A stretch of 46,598 nt of DNA from Candidatus Nanohaloarchaea archaeon (lineage in GTDB: Archaea > Nanohalarchaeota > Nanosalinia > Nanosalinales > Nanosalinaceae): positions 1 through 46,598 of the forward strand of contig JBDGSE010000030.1 of NCBI GenBank assembly GCA_042217695.1. Direction: 5' to 3'. Under the pieces are notes generated by a model. It saw nothing but the letters and a program-made list of their open reading frames with translations. It was not told where the DNA came from and ran no database searches. The translations under genes and the position numbers were made by a program. Within the stretch, counting starts at the first letter, position 1; every line of letters starts with the position of its first letter. This document shows positions 8,944-18,395 of this stretch, piece after piece.

Positions 8944-10464
8944 TCACAGCTCCCGTAGCTTTTCCATGATGAACCGGCGTTCCTCTCGCTCCACCACCTT
9001 CTGGGCGTCTTCCACACCGCGTGAGACCGCCAGGACGTCAAAACCTTCCTCGACCGCTTTCCTCACTGTCTCGCGATGCGGATAATCGATCACCAGTACC
9101 TGCAGGCCTCCCTCCAGGTATTCCAGGGCTCCTGGAAGCGCCTCGGGGTCAAGCCTTCTGCCGTCGAGCACGAACCTGTCGCCGTCGAAACGGAACACGT
9201 CTGCATAGCTCTCAAGGTGGTTGCCGGGAGGTATCCTTTCGGCCCGGACCGGCCTGTCGGTGACGGCGTAGCCCGTGGAGAAAGGAGGGGAAAGGTTTAC
9301 TGCCCGTCCCTGTGCGTTCAGGGGGAGAACCTCGAGGGCGGTCACCCCTTCTGCCGGAGATACCTGCTTATTCCTCCTGTCCTTCTGTTCCGCCGTTGCC
9401 TCTACCTCGTCCGGGGCTATCGAGACCCGGTCTCCGGCAGACACATCTCCGTCGAAAGCGAACAGCGCAGGTTTGTCCTTCGCGCGGGCTCTCTGTGCGT
9501 CAGCCGAGGTGTAGCCTCCTTTCCGGGCGATGATGGCGTTATCGTAGCGGTCGGGCGGCAGGGTCTCGTCCGTCAGGGTTACGTCCTCCCCCACCACTCC
9601 GTCTATCTCGCCGGGACTGGCACGGACTCCCTGGAGGCTGGCTGCCGGACTGGAGAAGGGGTTGAAGGAATCTGTTTCAAAGGCGTCCACCACATAGAAA
9701 GTACCTCTCTTGTGTACGAATTTCAGTCCCAGGTCATGGGACTCCGCTTTCTGCAGTATGTCCTGGATGTCGGAGTCGCTGAATGAAGGTCCTTCCCGTC
9801 TCACGGTCTTTCTCTGGTGGCCTCCGTTCATCGGATGCCTGGTGACCTTCACCTGTTCTCCCGGCACCTTTCTCTCGACCATGGACCTGTCCTCGACGAG
9901 GTACAGTTCCGGAGCGGTTATACCTTCCTCCAGGGATATACCCAGGCCGTTCACCGATTCCACGAGCCCAAAACTTCCAAGGTAACCCGGGACCACGGCA
10001 CCGGTCTGGTCCGGCTCCACCATCTTCTGTACTATGACCGCGGGAGGTTCATCATGGCCCCGGCGGTAGAATGAAGCTATGACCTGTTTAACGGCGTTTT
10101 CCAGGCTTGAGGAGCCCACGTTCAGCTTGTAGTCGTAGAGACCTTTCTCTCCACCAGAAACCCGGATGGAAACCCTTTGAGTATCTCTCTGGCCTCCTAC
10201 AAGCTCTTTCGCACGGTCAGAGGATTCGCGGACCTCGGAACTCATCCCGACCTCGCGGTAGGCGTCCTCGATCTCCTGGCGTACATCTCCCGGTATCTCG
10301 GAGTTGACTATCTCTTCAGGGGTTTCCGCGCCCTCAACTATCCTGCCGGCCTCTTCGCGGGTGATAACGAAGAAGTTGGGTACCTGTAAATCCTGCAGAG
10401 AATCGAGGAGCGCGGCCTTTTCGCCGGACCGGGACTCATCTATCTCTCCTTTCCATTCAACCAT
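8944..10464 (-). CDS. PEP synthase/PPDK-like protein, degenerate
   Basis: GEKAA, VPNFFVIT, AVIVQKMV, GLG..L.EG...P, ASPG, GGYTS motifs; catalytic His absent. Confidence 0.8.
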   Translation of the reverse strand: MVEWKGEIDESRSGEKAALLDSLQDLQVPNFFVITREEAGRIVEGAETPEEIVNSEIPGDVRQEIEDAYREVGMSSEVRESSDRAKELVGGQRDTQRVSIRVSGGEKGLYDYKLNVGSSSLENAVKQVIASFYRRGHDEPPAVIVQKMVEPDQTGAVVPGYLGSFGLVESVNGLGISLEEGITAPELYLVEDRSMVERKVPGEQVKVTRHPMNGGHQRKTVRREGPSFSDSDIQDILQKAESHDLGLKFVHKRGTFYVVDAFETDSFNPFSSPAASLQGVRASPGEIDGVVGEDVTLTDETLPPDRYDNAIIARKGGYTSADAQRARAKDKPALFAFDGDVSAGDRVSIAPDEVEATAEQKDRRNKQVSPAEGVTALEVLPLNAQGRAVNLSPPFSTGYAVTDRPVRAERIPPGNHLESYADVFRFDGDRFVLDGRRLDPEALPGALEYLEGGLQVLVIDYPHRETVRKAVEEGFDVLAVSRGVEDAQKVVEREERRFIMEKLREL

Positions 10465-10511
10465 GGGAAAAAATAGGGTCTCAAGGGATTAATATTTTCC
10501 CTTCAACTGTT

Positions 10512-11033
10512 TCAGCGCTGCAGTTTTACGCGGGCAGATACAGGTAGCTTGTGCGCGGCTCTTTCCAGCGCCTTTCTGGCCTCGGAGACGTCTTCCTCGT
10601 CAACATCGACCCGGAAAATCTCCTGGTTGTCGTCCACAAGTGCTGCGCGGCCGATCGGTCTCCCGAACGGTTTACGCATACCCTCGTAGTACCGGTCTGC
10701 CTGGGCGATCCCTGCCAGCGGATGGTATCTCAGAACGTGGTGGGGATACGGCAGGATCTTCATGAAGTATTCCTCCTCGGGATCTAGAACCTTGCTGAGG
10801 TAGGAGTTGGCTGCCACTCGTCCTGCTTCAAGGGCTTCCGAACGGATCGAGCATCCTTCCTCCACCCTGAGGACTACAGAGTTGGAGAACTCCTCTTTCT
10901 TGGCACCCATCTCGTACTGTATGACTCTGGGTTCCGGAGCTCCCTTTACGTAGTTGTCCGACTTCTTCTGGGACTGCCTGGTGTAGGGCTGCCCAGGTTT
11001 CTCCCTGTAGATACTTGCAGGTCTGTCTCCCAC
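10512..11033 (-). CDS. rpl10e: 50S ribosomal protein uL16 (L10e)
   Basis: ALEAGRVAAN, PYPHHVLR, ADR...GMRKPFGRPIGRAA, AAHKLP; GTG start with GAGGTG SD. Confidence 0.97.
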   Translation of the reverse strand: MGDRPASIYREKPGQPYTRQSQKKSDNYVKGAPEPRVIQYEMGAKKEEFSNSVVLRVEEGCSIRSEALEAGRVAANSYLSKVLDPEEEYFMKILPYPHHVLRYHPLAGIAQADRYYEGMRKPFGRPIGRAALVDDNQEIFRVDVDEEDVSEARKALERAAHKLPVSARVKLQR

Positions 11034-11134
11034 TCAAAACCACCTCTTGGTTTCTGCGTGAACAGGATACTGTTGGTCTTCGCCCATTTTAGAACCTCTA
11101 AGTTGGGGTATCCTTTAAGTTTTAAATAGGTGGT

Positions 11135-11584
11135 CTAAACCCGGTACTGGTTCAGCACCAGATCCATCAGCAGGGCTTCACGGTCGTAACCCTCTTTTCT
11201 CCATTCATCGATAACTTCTTCAGCCTGCTCGTATTCGCTGGCGTCGGCGTAAAGAACGACGTCCTCCATCGCATCCACGAAATCGGTATCTGCTCCGAAT
11301 TCAGAGATATCGGCGTCAACACCATAGTTTTCATCCACGAACTCGTCCAGATCTTCGACCTCTCCAGCGTTCAGCTGCACAAGCAGAGCCTGGTAGGCCT
11401 CGTCAACTTCACTCCTGTCCACCTGGTAGCCGTCCCCGGTCTCGGATACGCCGAGAGAAAGCTGGTCCAGATGCGTCCGCTGTATTTCGGTCAGGGAGGT
11501 CTCGATCTCCTCCGCGAAGTCCTTCAGGAAGTCGTACTTGAACTCCTCTATCCGTGTGGAGAGAGTCTTGTCCTTGCCAGCCAT
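11135..11584 (-). CDS. Hypothetical acidic protein with possible N-terminal ribbon-helix-helix
   Basis: KTLSTRIEEFKYDFLKDFAEE...SLTEI pattern. Confidence 0.7.
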   Translation of the reverse strand: MAGKDKTLSTRIEEFKYDFLKDFAEEIETSLTEIQRTHLDQLSLGVSETGDGYQVDRSEVDEAYQALLVQLNAGEVEDLDEFVDENYGVDADISEFGADTDFVDAMEDVVLYADASEYEQAEEVIDEWRKEGYDREALLMDLVLNQYRV

Positions 11585-11664
11585 ATTTACCTGTTAGTAA
11601 CAAAAAGCTTAAATCTGTTGTACTGTCGGGAGCATTTTTTAGTCAGCGCTTACAAACCCTGTAC

Positions 11665-12936
11665 ATGAGCGAGTTAAAAGTATACCAGATAGGTCTCGGG
11701 AGCTTCGGTCGCTACGGTTTCGAGAAACTCGTGGAGCTCCAGAAACACTTCGACAGGGTAGATGTCACGCTTAAGGGTGTCTGCGACCCGGACCCGGAAA
11801 GGCTGGAACGCGCGGAGAAGTTCGGCGAAAGGAACGATGTAGAGTTCGAGACGTTCCGGCGGGCCGAGGAACTCTACGGACACGCAGAGAACGAGGAAGG
11901 GAACATAATGGTCTACGACGCCGGCCCCACGGAGACACATCCACGGTTCATCAAGGAATCGCTGAGACACGGTTTCTTCCACCTTGCGGAGAAGCCGCCG
12001 TCGCTCGAAAGAGAAAAGCACCTCGCGGAGAAAAAACTGGCAGAGCAGAACAACGTGATGTGGAAGGTCGACTTCATAGAACGAGAGAACCCTGTGGTCC
12101 AGAAGACCCTGGAGATATTGAAGGACGAGCGTATAGATTCCATCGAGGTCTTCCGGGAGAGCTCGGTCGGGGTGCAGAAACTGCTGGATCCCGTGACACG
12201 ATCGGGAGTGAAGGGCGGCGACATACTGGACAAGATGGTCCACGAGGTCTATGTACTTGACTTCCTGGAGGAGGTCGGCGAAAACATGGAGATGGAACTG
12301 GAATCAGCGGAGGCCAGATACTTCATGCCTCGTGGTTTCAACACCGACAAACTGATGTCCGTAGACGGTGGACCGAAGAAAGAGATAGACGGGAAAACCG
12401 CGACAGCCCGCACCTCCGCCACCTTCACCGCAGGGGATGCCGAGATAAGACTGAACTCCAGCTGGATAGGACTCTCCGAGAGAGCCCGGATAGAGTCCTC
12501 GAAGATCAGACAGCTGTTCGACGAATCGCTGCTGGACAGAGGCTACCAGTCCATAGATGAAAAAGCGTTCCTCTACGAGGAGAGCCGGTTCTTTGTCATA
12601 AACGGGTCGCGGGACCTGGTCGGCGACATGCTCCACCAGAAACTCTACGACCTTGACGCCGGGGAAGAGATAGAGGTGCCCGGTCTTCTACACGACCAGC
12701 TTTACCGTGTCATCGAGAACGCTGTCCTCAACGCGGCCGGGAAAAAATCCGAGACCCTGAGCCGTAAAGAGACCGACATCTTCATGAACGCGATATTCGA
12801 CGTGAAGGATGCGGTGGTCGATTCCGCGGGCGATTTCTACGACGAACTGGACTCCGCGAGACAGGAACTAGGGGAACTGGTGATCGAGGACAACAAGATA
12901 CTTGAACCTGAGGAAAGTGAAACGATAGCAGGCTGA
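11665..12936 (+). CDS. Gfo/Idh/MocA-family oxidoreductase
   Basis: IGLGSFG Rossmann motif, AEKP, FIERENP, GGDILDKMVH; ATG at 11665. Confidence 0.8.
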   Translation: MSELKVYQIGLGSFGRYGFEKLVELQKHFDRVDVTLKGVCDPDPERLERAEKFGERNDVEFETFRRAEELYGHAENEEGNIMVYDAGPTETHPRFIKESLRHGFFHLAEKPPSLEREKHLAEKKLAEQNNVMWKVDFIERENPVVQKTLEILKDERIDSIEVFRESSVGVQKLLDPVTRSGVKGGDILDKMVHEVYVLDFLEEVGENMEMELESAEARYFMPRGFNTDKLMSVDGGPKKEIDGKTATARTSATFTAGDAEIRLNSSWIGLSERARIESSKIRQLFDESLLDRGYQSIDEKAFLYEESRFFVINGSRDLVGDMLHQKLYDLDAGEEIEVPGLLHDQLYRVIENAVLNAAGKKSETLSRKETDIFMNAIFDVKDAVVDSAGDFYDELDSARQELGELVIEDNKILEPEESETIAG

Positions 12937-12940
12937 ACCC

Positions 12941-14038
12941 ATGAAAGCTGTGATACCCTGCGCGAAGAAGAAGGAAGACATGTTCCCGTTCTCCGAAACT
13001 AAGCCGACCGCACTGATGCCGGCCATGGACCGTCCTGTCGTGGAACAACTCGTCAGCAACCTGCAGAGCATCGGAGTCGACGAGATATACCTGGTGACCA
13101 ACCACCTCGAAGAACAGTTCGAGGACCTATCTGGCGAGTACACAAACGTCAGTACAGTACACCAGGAAGAACTGAACGGGACTGGAGGCGCAGTGGAGAC
13201 CTGTGATTTCATCGAGGAGGATTTCTTCGTGGTGAACGGCGACGTTATGGTATCCGAAAACGACCTTGATAACCTGAAAGAGAGCCACGAAAACGGTTCG
13301 TCCCCGGTCACCCTCCTCGCGGAGAAAGGGGACAGACCGGAAAAGTTCGGAGTCCTCAGCATAACCAACGACCGGGTCGACTCCCTGGAGGAAAAACCGG
13401 AGAAACCGGACAACGCGCTGGTCAACACAGGCATATACATGTTCAGCCCGGAGGTCTTCTCCGCACTCCAAGAACTGGAGGGGGAGAAAGAACTGACTGA
13501 CGCGGTAAAGAATATGATAGACCGGGAGGACGCCCGGTTCGAGCTCATAGAGGACTACTGGCTGGACATCGGAGACCCGAAAAAGCTGTGGAGCGCCGAT
13601 CGCACCCTCCGGGACAGAATAGATGGGACCTCCATACACGAGGACGCAGAGGTGCATGAAAACGTGGAGATAACAGGCGACGCCGTAATCGATGAGGGTG
13701 CAGTCCTGAAGCCTGGAGCCGTACTCGAGGGCAAGGTCTATATAGGAGAGAACGCCGAGATAGGGCCGAACACCGTTGTCAGGGACTCCACCATCTCCCA
13801 GGGCTCAGTCGTCAGGGACGCCTCGATCGAGGACGCACTCCTGTTCGAGGATAACATCGTCGACCCTCACGTGCACCTGGAGAACTGTATTATAGGCGAG
13901 GAATGCGACGTGAAGTCCGGCACCGTCATCCGTGAATCGTTCATCGGGGCACGGAGCTTCATAGAGATGAACAACTCGATCTACGGCACCAAGTTCGTAC
14001 CGGACGCGAGAACCGACCTCTCAGAGATGAGCAAGTAG
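12941..14038 (+). CDS. Sugar-phosphate nucleotidyltransferase with left-handed beta-helix (GlmU-like, divergent active-site motif)
   Basis: MKAVI, GTGGAV, VNGD, EKP, NTGIY, hexapeptide repeats. Confidence 0.88.
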   Translation: MKAVIPCAKKKEDMFPFSETKPTALMPAMDRPVVEQLVSNLQSIGVDEIYLVTNHLEEQFEDLSGEYTNVSTVHQEELNGTGGAVETCDFIEEDFFVVNGDVMVSENDLDNLKESHENGSSPVTLLAEKGDRPEKFGVLSITNDRVDSLEEKPEKPDNALVNTGIYMFSPEVFSALQELEGEKELTDAVKNMIDREDARFELIEDYWLDIGDPKKLWSADRTLRDRIDGTSIHEDAEVHENVEITGDAVIDEGAVLKPGAVLEGKVYIGENAEIGPNTVVRDSTISQGSVVRDASIEDALLFEDNIVDPHVHLENCIIGEECDVKSGTVIRESFIGARSFIEMNNSIYGTKFVPDARTDLSEMSK

Positions 14039-14088
14039 ACGGGGTCAGAGTTAAACCAGTTAAGGAAAACTCTTTCTACAGGGTAAAG

Positions 14089-15354
14089 ATGAAAGCCGTG
14101 ATACTGGCGGCGGGCGAATCCAGCAGGTTCAGACCGTTGAGCGACAGGAGACACAAGGGTCTTACAGAGGTCCTTGGCAAACCTATAATAGAGCACACCG
14201 TAGAGGAGCTCCAGGACGCTGGCGTTGACGAGATAATAGTGGTGCAGGGCCCGGAAGAGGAGATAGAAAGAGAGCTGGGGGATAAAGCCGACCACTATGT
14301 TATTCAGGAAGACCCTCGAGGCATGGGTCACGCCCTGGAACAGGCAGAAAACCTTCTGGAAGGGAAGTTCTTCGTCCTCACACCTTACCGCGCGAACGCA
14401 GCACAGTTCTTCGAACCGATGATGGAGCTTGCGGAGAAGGAAAACTCCGGCATCGTTTTCGTTTCCACGCCGACCGACGAACCTGAAAAATACGGCATAC
14501 TTGAGATGGAAGATGGAAGGGCGGTGGACATCGTGGAGAAACCGGCGCCCGGCGAAGAACCCAGCGACCAGAAAGTGGTGGGCATGTACCTCCTGGACGA
14601 GAAGTTCTTCGACTACCTTGAACAGGTCGAGACATGGGAGTACCAGTACGAAGACGCGTTAAGCGGCTACATGCAGGATGAACCTGCCTCCGTCCTGAAA
14701 ATCGGGGAGAAGACCAACTCGATAAAATACCCGTGGGACCTTTTCTCCGTGGTGAGAGAACTTCTGGAAAAACATGAGAGAGATATATCGGAGGACGCAG
14801 AGATCGCGGACTCCGCCGAGTTGAAGGGCGACGTGATAGTCGAACCTGGCGCCCGTATATTCGAGAACGCGGTCGTGAAAGGTCCGGCATACATCGGGAA
14901 GGACGCGGTCGTGGGCAACAACGCGCTTGTCCGGGATTACTCCGCGCTGGAACGCGGTTCGACGGTCGGCGCGAACTGCGAGGCGAAGAACACGGTCTTC
15001 CAGCCGAACAGTTCTATGCACTCCCAGTTCATAGGCGACTCTGTAGTGGGCAGAAACTCGAAGATCGGTGCAGGAACAGTGGTGGCGAACCGCAGGTTCC
15101 GTTCAGACGGGGAGAGACCGGAGATAGAGAGCGACCTCATCGGTAAAGAACACAGTAAAGAGTCAGGGAGAGACTCGCTCGGCGCCTTTATAGGCGAGGA
15201 CGTGGATATAGGCGTCAACGTCTCCATAATGCCGGGCGTCCAGATCGGAAGCGATGCAAGGATAGGGCCCGGCACGACGGTACACGAAAATGTCGGGGAA
15301 GGAGAGACCGTCTACGTCCATCAAGAGGTGAAGCGGAGTGATAGTGGGGATTGA
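14089..15354 (+). CDS. Bifunctional sugar-1-phosphate nucleotidyl/acetyltransferase (archaeal GlmU-like)
   Basis: MKAVILAAGESSRFRPL, VEKP, YPWDL, long hexapeptide repeat, IGDS, GAGT. Confidence 0.92.
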   Translation: MKAVILAAGESSRFRPLSDRRHKGLTEVLGKPIIEHTVEELQDAGVDEIIVVQGPEEEIERELGDKADHYVIQEDPRGMGHALEQAENLLEGKFFVLTPYRANAAQFFEPMMELAEKENSGIVFVSTPTDEPEKYGILEMEDGRAVDIVEKPAPGEEPSDQKVVGMYLLDEKFFDYLEQVETWEYQYEDALSGYMQDEPASVLKIGEKTNSIKYPWDLFSVVRELLEKHERDISEDAEIADSAELKGDVIVEPGARIFENAVVKGPAYIGKDAVVGNNALVRDYSALERGSTVGANCEAKNTVFQPNSSMHSQFIGDSVVGRNSKIGAGTVVANRRFRSDGERPEIESDLIGKEHSKESGRDSLGAFIGEDVDIGVNVSIMPGVQIGSDARIGPGTTVHENVGEGETVYVHQEVKRSDSGD

Positions 15355-15820
15355 TTTTGACCGCGTGCTGTTCGACACCGACTCGTTCAACAAATACCTG
15401 GAGGATGAAACAGGGTTACACCACGTTGAGGGAGACGTACACGACAAGAACGGCAACTACGACCCCGGGAAACACGCGGAACTGTGCGGTATCGACGTAG
15501 AAGAAATCTACAGCGCCATGGAGGACCTGGAAAGATTCCTCTACGACGACGTGGAGAAACTTCAGCAGCTTGACAGCGCAGTCATAGTCACACGGGGCGC
15601 GAAAAAGTTCCAGGAACGGAAGATAGAGAGCTCCGGAGTTCTCAAATACGTCCCGGAGTACATAATCGTGGAGTCAGGCTCGAAAGATGTCGGCATCGAC
15701 TTCCTCGTGGACGACTGGGAGAAGGAGATCGAACGCGCAGGGGTCCCCGGCATGCTGTTCGACCGGGAGAAACACGATATGAGGGACGTGATAGAGAGAG
15801 TCCAGCAGGAGAAAGAATAA
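15338..15820 (+). CDS. HAD-superfamily hydrolase-like protein
   Basis: DFDRVLFDT motif I, VTRG, LVDD motif IV; overlaps upstream gene. Confidence 0.75.
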   Translation: MIVGIDFDRVLFDTDSFNKYLEDETGLHHVEGDVHDKNGNYDPGKHAELCGIDVEEIYSAMEDLERFLYDDVEKLQQLDSAVIVTRGAKKFQERKIESSGVLKYVPEYIIVESGSKDVGIDFLVDDWEKEIERAGVPGMLFDREKHDMRDVIERVQQEKE

Positions 15821-15845
15821 AATCCTCCGCTCCGAACATCTCTAC

Positions 15846-16061
15846 ATGTCAGAGACTCTACACAGCTTCAAGGAAGGACCCCACGAGGTACTTGAATACG
15901 CGGTAAAGACCAGCGACGGCAAAGCGGTTATCGAACTGAACGACGGCGACCTGGGACGTCTACCTATCGAAGACCTGGAGACCGTCGATGAACTCAGGGA
16001 GGCGCTGGACAAGGTCGAGGTACATCTTAAAGAAGCTGCCCGCAGGAAAGAGGAACTCTAG
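15846..16061 (+). CDS. Small hypothetical protein
   Basis: 71-aa acidic ORF with AT-rich box upstream. Confidence 0.7.
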   Translation: MSETLHSFKEGPHEVLEYAVKTSDGKAVIELNDGDLGRLPIEDLETVDELREALDKVEVHLKEAARRKEEL

Positions 16062-16078
16062 TACCCCGCTCCCCCGGT

Positions 16079-16094
16079 TAAACAAAAAGAAAAA
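16079..16094 (-). terminator. Oligo-T tract downstream of histone gene
   Basis: Plus-strand aaacaaaaagaaaaa gives a U-rich tract on the minus-strand transcript. Confidence 0.5.
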
Positions 16095-16123
16095 GGGAAC
16101 AGTTTTTCAAGGCTGCCAGACGT

Positions 16124-16291
16124 TTACACGTCTCGGGCCTTGATGGTCTTTCTGTTGTTGGCCTGAGCTCTTTCTACGGCCCTGTCGATGAGACTCTTGA
16201 CTTCATCGTCCAGAGCATCGTAGAAATCTGCGCCAACGTTGACGCCGGAAGCTGCCTCCCGAACGCCGTTCTTCTTGAGTACGTCTACCAT
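16124..16291 (-). CDS. Short histone-fold protein (DUF1931-like), 55 aa, absent from the ORF track
   Basis: Manual translation MVDVLKKNGVREAASGVNVGADFYDALDDEVKSLIDRAVERAQANNRKTIKARDV; RA...RKTI..RD signature; GGTGA SD and TATAAAA upstream. Confidence 0.92.
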   Translation of the reverse strand: MVDVLKKNGVREAASGVNVGADFYDALDDEVKSLIDRAVERAQANNRKTIKARDV

Positions 16292-16430
16292 ATCAAATCA
16301 CCAATTAGGTATTGTAAAGCCTCTTTTTTATAGGTACGGGATTTTATCCCGGAAAATCAGGTCGTCCGTGTCTAAAAACCAGTTTTTGTTATCGTGACCC
16401 GGTGAAAATCAGGAAAGAAGAAACCTGTCT

Positions 16431-17267
16431 CTAGCTCCTTATCCTGCGTTTCAAGCCATAAACAAGGGCTGCGAGGATGGCGAAAGGCAGCAGTTTTCCA
16501 GCACCCACGATTATCAGGTTCAAACTGGCGAATATTCCCCGGTAAGCATCGGCGAAAGACTCTCTGAGGTCGAACTCGGCTGTAAGCGGTTCAGGCTCGC
16601 TGAATTCTATACTTACTCTGGTGTACTCTATCCTGCGGTCCAGATCCTCGAGCCTGGACTCCAGGTACTGTATCCGCGACCGGAGTTCAGACATCCTTTC
16701 CTGTATCTTTATCAGCGAATCAACATCTGAAGTCCTGTTCAGGAGCTCTTCCAGTCTCTGCAGTTCCTGTCTCCTGTTCCTGAGCTCCAGTCTGAGCTGG
16801 GTGTATGTCTCGGTAACATCATCCACCTCCCTGCTGCTTGACTCGAGAGTCCACCGCGACTCAAGCTCCTCCACAAACGCCGAGGCGTTCTGCTCAGGGA
16901 TCCTTACAGTCATGCTGCCGGACTCACCGTAGCTTCTGCTGTAACGGCTTGACTCAACGAAACCCGCGTATTCATCAACGAGGTCTCGTGTCTCGGACTG
17001 GGCCTCCTGTATCTCCGGTACCTCGAGTTCGACGGAGTAACGGGTCACCTTCTTCCTTTCCCCGACAGCCACTGCAGACTGTTTATACCCGGAAGAAGAC
17101 TGTGACGTTGGAACCCCCATGTCGTAATCCGCGGTCCTCTGCGGCGCCGCACTGAAACCGACCGGAGTTAACTGTGTGAGCCCTCCTACCAGAAGCGAGA
17201 GCAACAGAAAGGCCGCGACCCCAGCCACCAGGACATTATCGCGGTCGAGGTATTTTTCCAGCTCCAT
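16431..17267 (-). CDS. DUF4349 domain membrane protein
   Basis: N-terminal TM, GFVESS, TVRIP, DVTETY, coiled coil, C-terminal TM; start at MELEKY (17267). Confidence 0.85.
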   Translation of the reverse strand: MELEKYLDRDNVLVAGVAAFLLLSLLVGGLTQLTPVGFSAAPQRTADYDMGVPTSQSSSGYKQSAVAVGERKKVTRYSVELEVPEIQEAQSETRDLVDEYAGFVESSRYSRSYGESGSMTVRIPEQNASAFVEELESRWTLESSSREVDDVTETYTQLRLELRNRRQELQRLEELLNRTSDVDSLIKIQERMSELRSRIQYLESRLEDLDRRIEYTRVSIEFSEPEPLTAEFDLRESFADAYRGIFASLNLIIVGAGKLLPFAILAALVYGLKRRIRS

Positions 17268-17308
17268 GGAGATGTGAAGACCACGCTGGTTTTTATAGCC
17301 TCTGCGAG

Positions 17309-17330
17309 TTGTTCGGGAGACAGCGAACAA
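17309..17330. promoter_or_regulatory. Palindromic operator candidate TTGTTCG-N8-CGAACAA
   Basis: Perfect 7-bp inverted repeat between the divergent TATA boxes of the DUF4349 and ArsR genes. Confidence 0.55.
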
Positions 17331-17371
17331 TCGGAAGCTAAAATAAAAGTGCTGCGGCACATTCAAACATT

Positions 17372-17881
17372 ATGGAGCTCGACTTCGACTCTGTCCGGGC
17401 CCTTTCCTCACCGACAAGGATACAGATACTCAGAGAGGTACTGGACCAAGAGGCGACCACCACCGACCTCAGCCGGGAGCTGGAGAAGAGCAAGTCCACG
17501 ATATCCTCACACCTCAAGACCCTGAAGTCGGCGGGCCTGATAGAGAAGGACAAGAAAGACGGACGGAAGCGAGTCATATACCGGCCGACAAGGAAGGCAG
17601 AGGCGATAGTTAAGGGGAAGGAGCGAAAGGTGAAGTTCTCTGTGGCATCCACGGTCTTCACCGGTCTGCTGGGCGCCGTCTCGGTGGCCAGATGGCTGCC
17701 GGAACCCTCAAGACAGGCTCAGCCCTCCGCATCAGCAGCCATGATAGCGGATGCCGGACAGACCGCGTCGAACACGGGCTCGGAGCCGGGAACTGTTTTC
17801 CTTGCCGCAGGGATAGTTTTCCTGGGGATCGCGATTATATCGCTGCTTTACGGGCTTGTGATGCACGAACTCGGCGACTGA
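17372..17881 (+). CDS. ArsR-family winged-HTH regulator with two C-terminal TM helices
   Basis: ALSSPTRIQIL...KSTISSHLKTLKSAGLI...YRPT followed by two hydrophobic segments. Confidence 0.88.
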   Translation: MELDFDSVRALSSPTRIQILREVLDQEATTTDLSRELEKSKSTISSHLKTLKSAGLIEKDKKDGRKRVIYRPTRKAEAIVKGKERKVKFSVASTVFTGLLGAVSVARWLPEPSRQAQPSASAAMIADAGQTASNTGSEPGTVFLAAGIVFLGIAIISLLYGLVMHELGD

Positions 17882-17954
17882 ATCCGAAGATATTAAACAG
17901 TGATACTTCAATACTCCAGTGGAAAACACACGACCTGTACTTTCTGTGAAGAAT

Positions 17955-18395
17955 ATGCCATGCGAACTATGCGGATCAGAGACCGATTCTCTCAACAAGG
18001 TTAAAATCGAAGGTGCCGTCCTCAAGGTCTGCGACAGCTGCGCCGATATGGGCAACGAGGTCAAAACCTCCACCACTCGAAAAAAGAAGAAAAAGAAGTC
18101 CTCCCGGCCCCGGGACGAAAAGGTCCTGGTGGACGACTACGGCGACCGTATCAAGGAGGAAAGAGAGGACCGCGAGATGACCATGCAGGAACTCGCGGAC
18201 GAGCTAAAGGAAAAGACCTCCGTAGTGAAGAAGATAGAGAACCAGCAGTTGAAGCCGGACAAGACCCTGGCCAAGAAGTTCTCACGGGAACTAGACCTCG
18301 AGCTCTACACGGTTCCCGAGGCCTGGGACCAGGAGACAGGATCCGGCGATTCCCGGAAGGCCACTCTCGGAGATGTGGCGGACATCAAGGACTAG
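17955..18395 (+). CDS. mbf1: Archaeal multiprotein bridging factor aMBF1
   Basis: CELCG...IEGAVLKVCDSC zinc ribbon, HTH, C-terminal TLGD. Confidence 0.93.
   Translation: MPCELCGSETDSLNKVKIEGAVLKVCDSCADMGNEVKTSTTRKKKKKKSSRPRDEKVLVDDYGDRIKEEREDREMTMQELADELKEKTSVVKKIENQQLKPDKTLAKKFSRELDLELYTVPEAWDQETGSGDSRKATLGDVADIKD

Noticed and set aside
11135..11584. Second proline-free ORF (149 aa; the 55-aa histone also lacks Pro)
   Set aside because: Short helical proteins, far weaker statistically and not linked to proS
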